A stretch of 56,726 nt of DNA, filler included, from Platydemus manokwari (GCA_037951405.1; 5 parts of 5 records of this genome joined end to end with filler, not necessarily neighbours in it), one strand, 5' to 3'; positions 39,700 through 53,059 are shown, counted from the first letter of the whole stretch. Numbers and translations are program-made. Notes: generated by a model not told the origin, from the sequence alone.

Positions 39700-40900
39700 T
39701 GTATGAAAACACTACTAAGGGAAATTACTAGACTGAATGGTTAACGATTTGTTTTAAGTTACTTTGAATTATTTCGTTGACAACTGAAGAATCGAAGGTT
39801 GCAAACTGTATTTTCGTTAACATCAACGGACTACGGGTGCAATAATAGGATATGCACTGGATGTATATAAAAATCTGATACGAAAGAATAGCATACCACC
39901 TTTGCTATATGATGGAGTAAAAGAAGATATACAACGTAAAATGGTATTGGAAGAGGAATTGCGGGCTACGTTTGCCAAATCATTTCGAAATCAGTAAGTA
40001 TTAACGTTATACAAATTGGCTGTCAAAGCCTCCCAAATAATGAGGGCGCTTCCTGGATACCAAAAATACCGCTAGTACCAAAAGACTTTGTAATGCAAAT
40101 GACGAGAAATCAATTTATCACTGGTACGCGCGGGTATATTATAAATGCGTTATAAACTGTAGATGCAACCGGTCTAGAGACATTGAAACCCGTTACGAAA
40201 AAAGAGGATATGAAATCGGTCATTTAAAATTCGCTGATGAATTGAACGCTATTTTGATAAATAAAACAATTGATGCTAGCGTTGAAGATCAAAAAGAATC
40301 TGATAACAACATGAAATCGCATGATTTTAAAAAATTATTAGAGCCATTTCAGAAGGGAAAAAAGCAGAAAATACATCAGGATGTGAAGGTTTAAGAAATG
40401 ATAATAATAGGAGTTGAAAACGAGTAGACAATCCTAATTGGAATAATAATGGCAAATGGAATTCTAGAAACAAATTCATATGGTACGTAGAGATAATTCC
40501 CCGATAAGAGGATAGAGAAGTGACTGAAATCGCAATGATAATGATAAAACATATCAAAATAGCCAGAAATGATGGAATAATGATAGAAGCAATTTGATTA
40601 AAAGTGGATATAAGGACAACTGGCCAAATTGGAGAAAAAAGTTTCATCAAGAGTTGAAATATCAAAGAAATCGAGCAAATAACCCAGGATTCACAAACGA
40701 TAAAATTAATCGCGATAAATATACCCAATGTTATTTCCGTAACAAAAATGGACACAGCGAGGACATGACCAAAGTGGTATAAAGGCGAGCAGGTAGAATG
40801 AAAGTGAAATAAAACAAAATGAGATCAAACGTTTAGAGTCAGTGTAGAGAAATGAAGATTTCAAAACATTGAGAATGGAATTTAACGATGTAAGAATTTT
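39700..40900 (+). pseudogene. Degraded retrotransposon gag-like region with a zinc-knuckle remnant
   Basis: IGYALDVYKNL...YDGVKEDIQRK resembles the gag pattern LxGxAxxxYxxL..YxxLKxxL. An N/R-rich linker and TQCYFRNKNGHSEDM (decayed CX2CX4HX4C) follow. The region lies just after the LTR. Confidence 0.5.
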
Positions 40901-41699
40901 AAAATGAGAGAGAAAAGTAGTGTACATTATTATATGAAAAATCAGTCAACAAAGATAGACGAAAATGATAGTGTTTTGGTTTTTGATTGTTTGATTTTCA
41001 GAAGGATTTGGCTCGTTGAATTAATATTAATCTACACTTTATTTTGCGTCTGACTTTATGTCACTGTTAATTAATATAATGGCTAAAACATATATAGTAT
41101 AAAGATTAGAAAAATTAATAATGATAATAAATAATAGGTTATTTTAGAATAACGAATTGTAAGTAATTTCAATTTTCCGAGTTTTGGAATTTATTGATTG
41201 ATTAGTGACGGCTTTATATGCTCGCTAACAACTGAATTTAGTTGAAGAACTAATTGTTATGAGTACCTTATGGACATATTATCAATAATTACAGTCGTAT
41301 TTTTGTAGAGTAACTGTGGTTTTTCATCTTGAAACAAATAATAATTAACTGTTGATTATAATAACAGTGAGCTTTTTTAAAGCGATTGTTGTGGACGTAA
41401 TTTTGAGTCATCACTCCTTCTTTTATACTGTTTTTTCTCCATTTTTGATTTTTCATCATTTTTTTAATAATTTTTATATTTTATATAATCTATTTTTAGA
41501 TTCCCACACATCTTTAGTTCTATTTGAGTAACCTACCATTATTTCATCTATTTTTGGAATTATTAAATTATATTTTATATATTTTCTATTTTTAGCACTG
41601 TTTAGATGTCTATATTTTTTTAGAAAATTATATACTTTTATTATTATTATTTATTTCATGGTATTTCGGTACTCAACAATAGTGATCAAGCTAAAACTC

Positions 41700-44080
41700 A
41701 GACATTTGAACGAACTGAATAGAACTATAGAGGAGGATAAAGGATCTTTGCAAAAGTCATAAATTCAGAAGGCAGAATAATAAAAAATATATGACCTAAT
41801 GAGCATTATACGAAATGGCCGTAAAAAATACAGCAAAGGAAATGCTAAAAATGAAATTATTTGTTATAAGATTTGAACGTGATACAATTAAGAAAGTAAA
41901 ACCGAAACACAACCTTAAAAATTTAACAGCGGCGGAGATCAGTGAGGTTTTCACAAGAATAAACGAAGACAAACATAAAGAAGCAAGTCAAAGAAAAAAG
42001 GGAAGTAAAATGTTAACCATCATTGATTTCACTATAAAGCTCGTGTTAGATTCATTAAAACACGACTTAACAGAAAAGGCGATACGGGAAATATTCGAAC
42101 ATACCGCTACTATAAAAGATAATTTATATTTTTAATAAAAAAAGTGATTAAATGAACCCACAAATTCAATGCCTGTGATACAGGAAAGAAATTTTGAACA
42201 TGAGTTCACAAAGTTTAAAAAAGAGCTTGGTATAATCTGCACCAAATATTATATAAAATAAGAAGGAAGAGAAATATATCATCATGATAATATACTATGG
42301 GTTGTTACAGTCAAAGGATAATATTGTTGAGAACCAGTTGTTACCAGATAAACCTCACAATCTACCAATGGTGGAAGGCTTTTTCCTTACTATAAAATTG
42401 CAAGTAGTAACAATAGTTGATAAAACCGGGGAAGAACAACAAAGGTACATAATCCAACCGGTATTTTCAAAAACTAATTGGTTTGTAAAAATGATTAGAT
42501 GCAGAATAGCATTTCGAGAAATTATATGATGGATAAATCAAAATCATCCATGAAGGAAAGAGAATAGAAAGCGATCAGAAATTAATCAATAATTTCTCTA
42601 CGATGTGGACCAACAGAATACAAGTCTCGCACAAAATATGCAAAGGAATATCAGATTCACATGTTGACAAATATGCGGCCTGTAGACTTGTATAATGATA
42701 ACTACATTACAGCTTTATAAAACGGCAATGTAATAACCTATAGTTTACCGACTTATTAGAGTCAAAAGTTAATGGACGATCATGAAAAAAATAAATTGTG
42801 GCAACTGAAAGAGTTGATCAAGAAATTCAAACAACAAAACCCATCAAATGCGATCAATGGACAACGACTAAAAAGCCACGAGGACGGCCACCAAAAGCAC
42901 TAAATTGAGACAGAGAAACTGAAACCTCGAGTGATAAAGTTATAAAAGTGATTGAGAATAGTCAAAAGATGAATATGGAAATTAGTGACGAGTAACATTT
43001 GATAATCACGGACCTATTAAACACCAATATGCTGTAGTTTGATTTGCTACCAACACACAGCATTGCAATACAGATACGATTCATAACAAAGGACAAAGAG
43101 ATGATTCATAATATAGTAAACTTAGATGAAGCTATGATCAGAGAATCATATGATTGTGCCAGTAGATTAAAAAATATGTTGGTGCATATGGTTAAAACTG
43201 AAAACAGGGACCCATGGAAAACATATGTGAGAGGATAATAGCTTTATTAACACTGATAAAATACTCATTACTATCGCAAAAGATCATGATAGGATGAAAT
43301 AATGTGTTAGATGGACAGTTTTAGCAACAGTATTTTTTTTACATGTTAGACATGGACAGATAAAGAGTCTAAAGTGCTCCAGATCTCTTCAGATGTCATA
43401 TTCTGACGTACAATGGAATTTAGAAAGAATGGATGATCAACAGACCAGTTGGATGGTAGAGAAGGAGTTAGAATCTTGAGATGACTTACCATATCTTCTA
43501 TTGATGGAATCGATAGTGAGGTCACAGGTTCTAAAATTTTCCTGAATGATGATTTATAGTGAAGTTTCCACAGTGAATAATCAGAACGTGTCACTTGCAA
43601 AAAATGAATCAAAAGGCAAGAGAGGTAGAGATTTTCACAGAAACGATCAGAGTAAATGGATTAGGTAGCATGTCTTCCACAAGTCAAGATTAAGCAAATA
43701 TCGGGCTCATCATGGTTAAGCAGCAGATTAGCCTAAAATAAGATCGGATAAGTAAAAAGAGGACCTGATGTAGGAGGCAGATAAAACTCTTGGTATTATA
43801 CTGTATTTGAGATGATATGATTTATGTCACTACGAAGTAAGGGGAACAACGGAAGAATAAACTATAAGACTTTTATTACAAAAATTTAGGGAATATTCTA
43901 TCAGAAAGAGGTCACTTTATCATCGTTGGCCTGATGAGGTTATAAAGATAGAATTATCTGAAGGTAATGACAAAAGAAGGAACAAGAAGATAGTGGAAGA
44001 GTTCATCTAACTTATGTCACTGGTGAGATTGGCAAGAAAGAGTAAATTTGGTGTTAGGTCAATTGTGACTGATAGCCTTT
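41700..44080 (+). pseudogene. Decayed coding-like region, probably retroelement-derived, with an RRM-like segment
   Basis: A chain of plus-strand ORF fragments (41815, 42284, 43044) with purine-rich coding-like composition. IKLVLDSLKHDLTEKAIREIFEHTATIKD resembles the RRM beta1-alpha1 pattern. Confidence 0.3.
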
Positions 44081-44126
44081 AGTGTAAAACATATTTAATA
44101 AGTATTATTTTTAATTTCATTATTAT

Positions 44127-44227
44127 AAGTCCGTTGTTAAACGAACTGTCAAAAATTATCAACAAATGTTGAAATGCGGTCGTACCATATAAACTTTTTC
44201 AAGAATTCGATAAGACCGTCTAACGGC
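44127..44227 (-). ncRNA. SL RNA: Spliced-leader (SL) RNA gene, triclad planarian type, about 101 nt
   Basis: The 42-nt leader GCCGTTAGACGGTCTTATCGAATTCTTGAAAAAGTTTATATG (44227-44186) ends in the flatworm-typical AUG, directly followed by a GT donor. Stem I (CGGTC/GACCG) encloses the donor. Stem II is TCAAC-ATTT-GTTGA, the Sm site is AATTTTTGA (44157-44149), and stem III is AGTTCGTT-TAAC-AACGGACT. The first 22 nt match the Schmidtea mediterranea SL1 as I recall it. Confidence 0.93.
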
Positions 44228-45609
44228 AAGTAAACTTTTATTTCGTTTTGCGTTCACATATTTTCTGTTATATTCAAGAATTTGTATTCTTGCATAACCA
44301 TATCAAACCCGTCATACCTGTATTAGTTTTCTTCAATTTCAAGATTTCAAACACAGTTTTATTAACAAATTTATGGATAAAGTTTGATTATCATATATTT
44401 ACCAAATGTTTAATCGATCAAAAATGCAAAATTCTTGTCACTCCATTATTATTTATAACGCTGACAAAAATTAGATTTAATCTAAAAATAATCTTAAAAT
44501 ACACAAAATATAAAAAATCGCAACCAATCAATGAGCGATAATTTTTTCTAACGTTCAAAACTTTTGAATGTGTATTTATTTATTATTGATTATTTAGTTA
44601 TTAACAAACACACATTATTTATTTCTTAATAAAAACAGCTATTAACTGCTTGACATAAAATTGAGATTAAATGTTTTCATATTATATCGATCGATACAAT
44701 TTGGAGAATGTCCTCAATGGCATCTACTTGTTGTCATTGGTGAACACAAGATAATACTTGAGAAAATTTTTTTACTTAATTAAGCTAATTATTGATTAAT
44801 TAATTATACAACATACTGGATATGTTTTATTAAGTTTTATATAATTATAATTTTTTTATATTTTAATTATTTTGTGAATTATTGAATTAAATGAATTTAT
44901 ATATAATTATGTATAATTATATTTATTATCATTAATGACTAATAAAACAGTTATAAAATTAAAATAATAATTCTTATTTGAACTCATGTTTATTGAAGCA
45001 TTTTTTAATTTTTTAACTTTTTAATATTAATTTAACAATATCTTTGATTATCTATTTCTATAAGACCATTTTTAAAAAGATTTTAAGCCGAATTTTATTC
45101 ACATTTTCTTATTAATTATTTACAATTAACCTTTACAAAATTGAAAGAAATCAATTAGTTCCATTACAAAATACAATTCAAGGTGACATGTAATTCCGCG
45201 AAGATGAAAAATTAGTACACGTCTCTTTATCCTTTCGCTAGAAATTGCAATAAAATAAAGTCATATTACACATCTACTGATTGGTCATCAAAGAGACATT
45301 AACTAGTCTACCCACTAACTGATATGGTTGACTCTTCAATATATCTTCAAAATACATCTCCGCCTTTTTATTTAAATTTAGCTACCTGCCAAAAATATAA
45401 GGATATTTTTGAAATATTTATAAAAATTAATAATCTATTTAAATAATATACTAGAACAGATTTATCAGTATTTAATTTTACTATTAAACTTAATTAATTC
45501 TCTGGATTTAAAGTTAATTAAAATAAATTAAATTAGTATTGAGAAGTTGGTATAGATCAAATATAAATTTATTAAATATAATATAAATTTCGCTCAATTC
45601 AGTGTCGGT

Positions 45610-45900
45610 ATCAGGAAATACTGACTTTGACCGTGAAAAAGTCAGAATTTATATGCATATGAGCTCAAAAATGAGGTCGTCAAGTTTTTGAAGAGCGTAA
45701 AAATCAAAAAGCATCTAAAGAGACTAATTGACCAAAAATGTTCTATAATAATTGAAAGTTTTATGAGAACAAAGATTATTATTTTACAACATTTGGCACA
45801 AGCAAATACTGTTACTGAATGTGATACTATTTATGGAATTCAATTTGGTAATTCTAATAGATTTAAACCATCAAGATATTCCGATGATTGTAACCGTTAA
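45610..45900 (+). pseudogene. Possible hAT (Buster-like) transposase fragment
   Basis: LYAYELKNEVVKFLKS...HLKRLIDQK resembles LxRFYELRNEVxxFL...L.D; only this one motif supports the call. Confidence 0.3.
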
Positions 45901-47210
45901 TAAATTATAAATCGTTATAAACTGATACTTAATGTTTCCATCAAGGGTCTAACACCTAACATATAATTACTTTTATTGATTGTAATAGTAATTAACTAAT
46001 GTGTAATTTTTAAAGAAGCAGTTTTGTGACCTCAAGAGTAAAAAATCGACAAAGGGTACGATGTTACTCCCTACATCGAAATGAAAACTAAAGAAGTATA
46101 TGATTTTAAGCTCCAGTAAATTTTAATCAGAATTTGTGGAGGGCGTGATAAATATTTTTCAATAAATTTAGTGTCGGAGATGGATGAAGAAAAACTGTGG
46201 GGAACAAATCCAGGCTATTTCCGAGCCAGTTAAACAGTTAAATAAATATAAATGGTGTCTTTTTATTGCTAATTTTAACAACTCTTAAAACGCTATGTCT
46301 AAATTTAACAACATCCTACTGGTTTTAGATACTTAATTTACTAAATTAACCTACGCTATTTTTAGTAATGATAAAGTTACTAATAATAGATTTATATTTC
46401 ATATATTTATATAAAATTATTTATATATCTGCGACGTACAGATAAGTCAAAGATTATACTGAAATATTCTCACATAGAACTAATTTAAACCCTTCTGATA
46501 TATAAATTAATCAATATCTTTTTACAAATTGTACATTTATAATACAAACTTAAGTCTAATCTATATATTACTATCAATATCTTTGACAAAGGTAACGATG
46601 CTAATAATAATAGGAAGCTAGATAATGGATTCGCCGATTGAAGAGCAATAGAGAAAAATAAAACGGTCTGAATTTTAAAAATCTGAATTTGGATAAATAT
46701 TGTCAAAAAATATTGTATTTTTATTTCCAGATGAAAAATATAGTCTATCATCTTACAGTTACAATGTTTGATTTCTTTTTGGTAAAGATTTGTAAACAAA
46801 TACATTTAATTATCCTATTATTATATTATATGAATTCAATTTTGAATAATATAAACCTCATACGGCTTATATACAAAATTCATAACTGCTACTACTAAAG
46901 GTATTTGAACATTGACTCTTACAAAGGTATTGAAACTATGTTGAGTACACTGATGGTATCATACACGTATAATTAATCTGTGAAAATCTGCTATTGGCAA
47001 AGTAAATGGATCAAATCGTTTAGCAAATTTTATAGTTCTTAAGTTTTATATGAAAATAGTGAAAAAATACAAATTGATACTTGTTGAATATGAGACCTAA
47101 AATTTGTTGATATAATCGTTTCTTGGTGTTTGTTGTGACTACCGTATAAAAGCTAACGTTGTAATTAGTTATGGTATAAAACCAAACGGTAAATGGAATC
47201 ATCACGTATT

Positions 47211-47344
47211 TTCAAAATATTATAAATAATTTCTACAAATTTCTATGATGATATTAGAAATAATTTATATTTATTAATTCAAAATATTATAAATAATTTA
47301 TACAAATTTCTATGATGATATTAGAAATAATTTATATTTATTAA
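47211..47344. repeat. 67-bp direct tandem duplication next to a gap
   Basis: 47211-47277 and 47278-47344 differ at one base. Confidence 0.9.
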
Positions 47345-47366
47345 AGACAATTGTGAAGATTTTAAA

Positions 47367-47466
47367 NNNNNNNNNNNNNNNNNNNNNNNNNNNNNNNNNN
47401 NNNNNNNNNNTTAATTAATTAANNNNNNNNNNNNNNNNNNNNNNNNNNNNNNNNNNNNNNNNNNNN
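47367..47466. other. Artificial scaffold spacer N44-TTAATTAATTAA-N44
   Basis: Same 100-bp construct as at 11185. Confidence 0.97.
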
Positions 47467-50400
47467 TAATAATATGTTTTTCAAAAATCCAAATTCTCCT
47501 AAAAGTAGAAAACATAAATGTAATTAAATAATAATAAAAATAAATATAATAATTTAATAATTACAAAAATAGAATTTAAAAAATGCAACAATAATCTAAA
47601 AAATAATAAGTCAGAAAAGATAGAAATAAAAGTATAAAAAGCAACACGACTCATAACTACGCCCTTAAAATTATGTGTTAAAAAAAATCCCACGATTATT
47701 GAGCTAAGTACTCACTACTGTCGACAATATTTGTTATTGATAAATTTCAAATCTATTGATTTCTGAAAGAAAACAAACCACTCCACCTACGAGAAATTTC
47801 TTATTGATTAAATCGAGAAATCTACCAAAAGCCATCCTGACGTGAACGAGACAAATTAAAAGGGAGAAAATCTTATTGCCAATTCAACAGTAATTTTATT
47901 ATTCTTTTTTTACAACTTTTTACGATTAATCATTCCTGTTTTAACGATAATTATCTTCACCATTGCAATTAACAGTGCCTTGGGTACCGCCCAACCACTG
48001 TTTCATTAAAACCTAACTTCAACTAAATCTTAGTTACTTATTTGTGTAGTTGCCGAACTATTAATTCCCAACTATCTAAAATATTTAACAAAGGACCTTG
48101 CAACTCTCCACACAAGGATATAATAAACTCCAGGACAAAACATTGGCGATTAACGAATTCATTCAAATAATTCACCTGGGTATTTGATTTTGTTAATTGA
48201 TTAATATCGATATTTTTGTTTTTAAATCACATTTTTTATCATATTATTGCAATTCGATATTAAAAAATCAATTACATATTCTTATCTATTGCGTTCATTT
48301 ATTTATATTCTAATTATTATTATTATCATTTCTTTACTGCGCTTTCGGAGTTAGGTATAAGTTAAATTAATTGTTACCAGCCAAAAACGTTCCTGACATT
48401 CAAACCCAAACACAACCTACGATTCCGGAAACAATGCCCCGTAAAAAAATTTTTCATTTGAACTCATATTGATCTCCATACCTATGTGGTTTTTTAAATC
48501 GATAACAAACTCATATTCAATTATCCCTACCTTCATTTTTTGACATAAGGGTCTCTTACCACATAGTATAGCATACTTGAATTATTTAACATGAATTATT
48601 TATTTGGTCGAAATTCTAAAACTCCGATATTATAAATTAAATAATCTGTAGTAATTTTTCATATATTTTTATTCACCCTTTTATAATTAATTTTATTATT
48701 GTGCATTCTTTTGTATTATTTTCAACTAAATAAGGATATTTTTTACATATTCCTACTTGTTTACATCGTTAAATATTATCCTTGAATATAACTAACTGAA
48801 CCCATTTTTATGAAAAGGAGCGGGTTAACTTGGGAAACCACTATAAAAATCGCAACATCTATGACTCATTTTTTATAAAACTTCAGCAATTATATCAATT
48901 GAATAATACATGGATTTGCAAGATAAGATGTCTTCTCCTAAGGACCGGAACTAATGCTTCCAGACAATAGTTTATAAAATGTCAGTGCAGAAGAAGACGA
49001 GTATTCGACTTGTGTTGAATCTTAATTGATAATCAATTGAGTGATCAATTCTCTTATGGGTAATTTCATCATAAAAACATTTGAAAATAGTAGAATAAAA
49101 TTCCTTGATATAGTGGTCTTCTCGAATCCGGCATCAGTCTGCTCACTAATTATTCTCACCAAAAAATAAAAAAATTCACAGGCAAGTCCCAATATTCGAT
49201 GTTGCTGTTATTAACTAAAAACTTTCTTTTAAAGTAAATTTTTATATTTTCTATCATAACATGATTAGTTTAAATATTTTTCGGTAATAATTAATTTCTA
49301 AACCAGCCCTATACCAATTAACTTCATCAAAATCCTAATTATGAGCAAAGTTCGAATAGAATTTCATAATTGTATTAGCTTTCATTCGAAAACTATGTTC
49401 TTTATCGCAACCAAATATATTTGTATGCCTATAGACGTATTACCTTTCAACAGTATCTAGAGTTTTTTATTATGCAGTTTCTTTTAATTGAAATGTATCC
49501 ACGAGACTACTTTGTTTTCTCCTTATTGTAATTCTAGGGGATTTATATTTGTAACTTTGACATAAAATATTTGTAAATAAATCTTAGCTTAGTTAGGAAA
49601 TAATATATCAAATTATAAACTTCGCTAATTATTCCAAACATAATAATTTAAATGTTGAATGCTATTAAAGTATTTGTTTCATATGCGGACTTTAACTTAC
49701 TTTGATATATTGTACTGCTATATTGTTCAGAAAAAAATTATAATGCCATTAAATTATGATAAATTCTTAACTGAAATTTAATTTCATGTTTAGAAAAATT
49801 ATAAGAATTATAAAATTATTTTTAACGAATTCATTAAAAGAATGACAAGATAATTTCAAAAATACTTTAATAATTCACTGTTTCATTGCCAATAATAAGT
49901 TGTGCCGAAGGAGTATAAATGAAAACACGAATAACACATTCTTGGATAAATATTGGAAGATTACTGTCTGTAAACTTCGAACCACCAACGTGTGAGAGTC
50001 AATTTATTTTGTTGATATTTACACAAAGATAAATAATTCTTAAAATATGTGGAAAATCTTTATAGAACTTCGAAACACAGAGGTCACGATTTATCTGTGA
50101 TCGATTTGCGGAAATTACATTAATTAGTTAAAGTTTAAAAGGGATCCTAAAGTAAAATTTTTAATTTGTTAAGTCTATTTTAAAAATCTATATAGTTTAT
50201 TAATTAAATTCATTGAAATCATTTTGAATTTTTTATTTAAGTACCTAATAGGAATTTTAGTATTTAGAAATCCAAGATAAATTAAACAGAAGTTTAAAAT
50301 TTAAAAATTGATTATTTGAAAAACTGTTCAAAGTATATCAAATTGCAATTTATTGAAAATTAGCGATGACCTTCTTTGAACATTAGAAACAGAGTGGTCG

Positions 50401-50574
50401 CTATCACAAAATTTTAGAGTTAATTTACAAGAAAAGCGATATGGAAATAATTCAAGCATGCTAGGAATTAAGTGATTGTATTTTAACTTAAAATAAATGC
50501 ATTCGTGTTCGCCTAACAGGCTGGATACACAGATCTAAATTCTGTCTATTCTGTAATGTAATTAAAATTTCCAG

Positions 50575-51030
50575 TAAATAAATCGTACAAATCTAGATGC
50601 CACGAAAGTAAAAGTTTCCAATTGGGATTTTGTTATACAGTGCAGCTTTGTCCCTTTTCAACATTCTGAACATAAATTGTTTGTGGTTCACTGGGACCTC
50701 GTAGTGTATTACCAAGTGCAAACCAACAATCAGCAAATGGTGACAATTTTTATTAAAATAAAACTAAGAATTTAAAACTATTTATTAAGCTACAAAATAT
50801 ATCGATATCACACCTATGAAGAAATAGCACGATATTGATAAATATTCGGCGAACGAAATATCGTTGTTGAAATTGATGAATCATACTTTGGACAGGTCAA
50901 ATATAATAGCGGGTGTTGAAAACCAAACATTTGAGTCGTTGGAAGACTTAAAAGATATATTAAAAGGAATTGCTTATTATTGCCAGTCACCAACGGAAGC
51001 GCAAACCTAGAAGCAATAATTACAAGGTAA
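50575..51030 (+). mobile_element. Merlin / IS1016-like (ISXO2 DDE) transposase relic
   Basis: FGERNIVVEIDESYFGQVKYNSGC*KPNI*VVGRLKR..KRNCLLLPVTNGSANLEAII matches GGxxxxVEIDESxFGKRKYNRGR....WVFGxxER...CFLVPVxxRSxxTLxxII. Upstream LSLFNIL...LW...KPTISKW also fits. Confidence 0.82.
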
Positions 51031-51899
51031 ATAGAAAGTTAATATTTAAAATTTTACTTATCATTTAACCGAGATAATTATACTCAGAACACTGAAGGAC
51101 CTTGGGATCGACATTGAATTATGAGTGTTTTGCATTAGAATTTAACTATTGTTAAATTGAATTTTAAGTAAATATTTTATAAAAATCTCATTACAAATAA
51201 ATTTTAATATTAAATATACATATAAGAAAAATGATTATATTAATTTTAGTTCAAAGTACCCTTTTTATTAATTTAACCCCATTAATTTTGAAACGCTGAT
51301 TAAATTAGAGCAATAATTTATGTATACTCAAGATTTATTCAAATATTATAATGATGCACATATTCAATACCATACATTAACACATGAAAAAAAAAATGTT
51401 TATAATAACAATTTGGAATTTGTTCTCAGTCTATCATTTAGTTATCAATAATATTAAGTTCAAGTATCACTTATTTCATTCACAAAGCTTGTGCAATCGA
51501 ATCTAACACAAGACCAACTAATATTAGTGGATTATAAGCTATTTAAAAATTTCCATGCTAAATCTAAATATACCGAAATAAGCTGCGTTTCAGCTTGTGT
51601 TTTGATTGACTGTTATTTGTTCTTGCAAAATTCTGACAGCCATCGTTTATTACTCATCGTGTTACAAATATCGGATGAAACTTGTGTAGATTTGTGTATG
51701 ATAAATATAATGAAACTATGTTCCTTTTAAATAAAGAGCTTCAAAAACGATTTCATTCGATTTTTTAAAAATATGTTGAAACTTTCATTTTTATGTAAGA
51801 AATTTTAGCATTTTTTATATGAATGACACTGTAGTCATTAAATTATTTGTGGCTGTCATTAAATGCATGGCAGAATTTTTATTGCTGAGTTTGTATTTC

Positions 51900-52989
51900 A
51901 TATGGTTAGTTAAATGGAGCTTTACCAATATCTAAATTCGTGTTTTTATAGATAAGAAACTATTGGAGTAAACTAGCGATTGATATCATGGAGTGTGTCA
52001 CAATTTCTTTGTTCAGGTTCATCCAAATTTGAGGTTAGCTTTCATACACTATTTCTTTTACATAGTCGCAAAGAAAGAATTTACATGACGTTAAGTGTGG
52101 TGATCTCAAAAAGATTCCTCGGTGACGACTGTAATGGTTTTGAAAATTATGGTTAAAATAACTGATGCTACGGCTCTTCATCATGAATGAGCACACAAAT
52201 AGGTCTTACTAAGGTTAAAAGCGCATTTTGAAGGATGGAGAGATAATTTTTTTCGTTTACAGTTGTTCTGAAGAAAAAGCATTTAAATGCCTCTCCAAGC
52301 AGTGGCACCGCGTTAATCTATTAATTTTTTCTAGGCACACAATTTGGGTTTTTATCAGACCACTAAACACGATTATGATCATTAACTGATTCATTAAAAT
52401 CAAACTTGCATTCGTCTTTTCCAAATTGTTGTAGTAAAGTGATGAAATCTTCACAAATCTCAGTCTCCTACCAAAGCCATTCTTATCAAGCCTTTGAATC
52501 AAGCAAGAATGATAGATTTTGAGATCCAACCTCATTCCGAGAATATTTTTAAAGCGAAGAATTTGAAATATTAAGATTCTTAGATCTCTTTAGTATGGAG
52601 AAAGCATCATCTATTTCATTCATTGCGTTAACAGCTGCACCAATTTTTTATCATAATAATCACAATGTTTGCTATGTCAACGCTTCTAGTTGATTAAAAC
52701 TTCTCAGTCGAAGAAGGAAAAGACTTGTATGAATTTTCAAACTCTTCAAGTCAACTTCAAGACAACTTCCTGTTTTATAAAAATTCTTTACAAAAATGTC
52801 ACGCTCTTTAGTCGCTCGATATAGTGACGTGATTGTAATTGAAAAGCACACACTAATCAAACAACCAATAATCAAAAGAATTTGAATTTTTAATTTTAGC
52901 AGAACTTATTGTGATAGAACGAATGTCATTTACAAATGTTCAATGAATTATTTTAGATTTTGCATGTTTGTTCACTGTGAGGCACCCAG
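51900..52989 (-). mobile_element. Degraded Tc1/mariner element (DUF4817 / rosa-like type) with one TIR end
   Basis: In order on the minus strand: ERDIFVKNFYKTGS, IYHSCLIQRLDKNGFGRRLRF, DECKFDFNESVNDHNRV*WSDKNP (cf. DEAHFHLNGxVNxQNCRxWxxENP), FFRTTVNEKNYLSILQN, IHDEEP*H (cf. QQDGAPPH) and RSPHLTSCKFFLCDYVKEIVY (cf. RSPDLTPCDFFLWGYVKxxVY). A terminus TA|CTGGGTGCC lies at 52989. Confidence 0.85.
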
Positions 52990-53059
52990 TATATATAAGT
53001 CATAATCTAACATCATGAAGCCTCGATTGTCAAACAAAAATTTATGTGATTGCTTATTA

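Noticed and set aside
47640-48560. Possible MULE transposase C-terminal relic (NHSTYEKFLID)
   Set aside because: Similarity is too faint and no TIR or TSD was identified.
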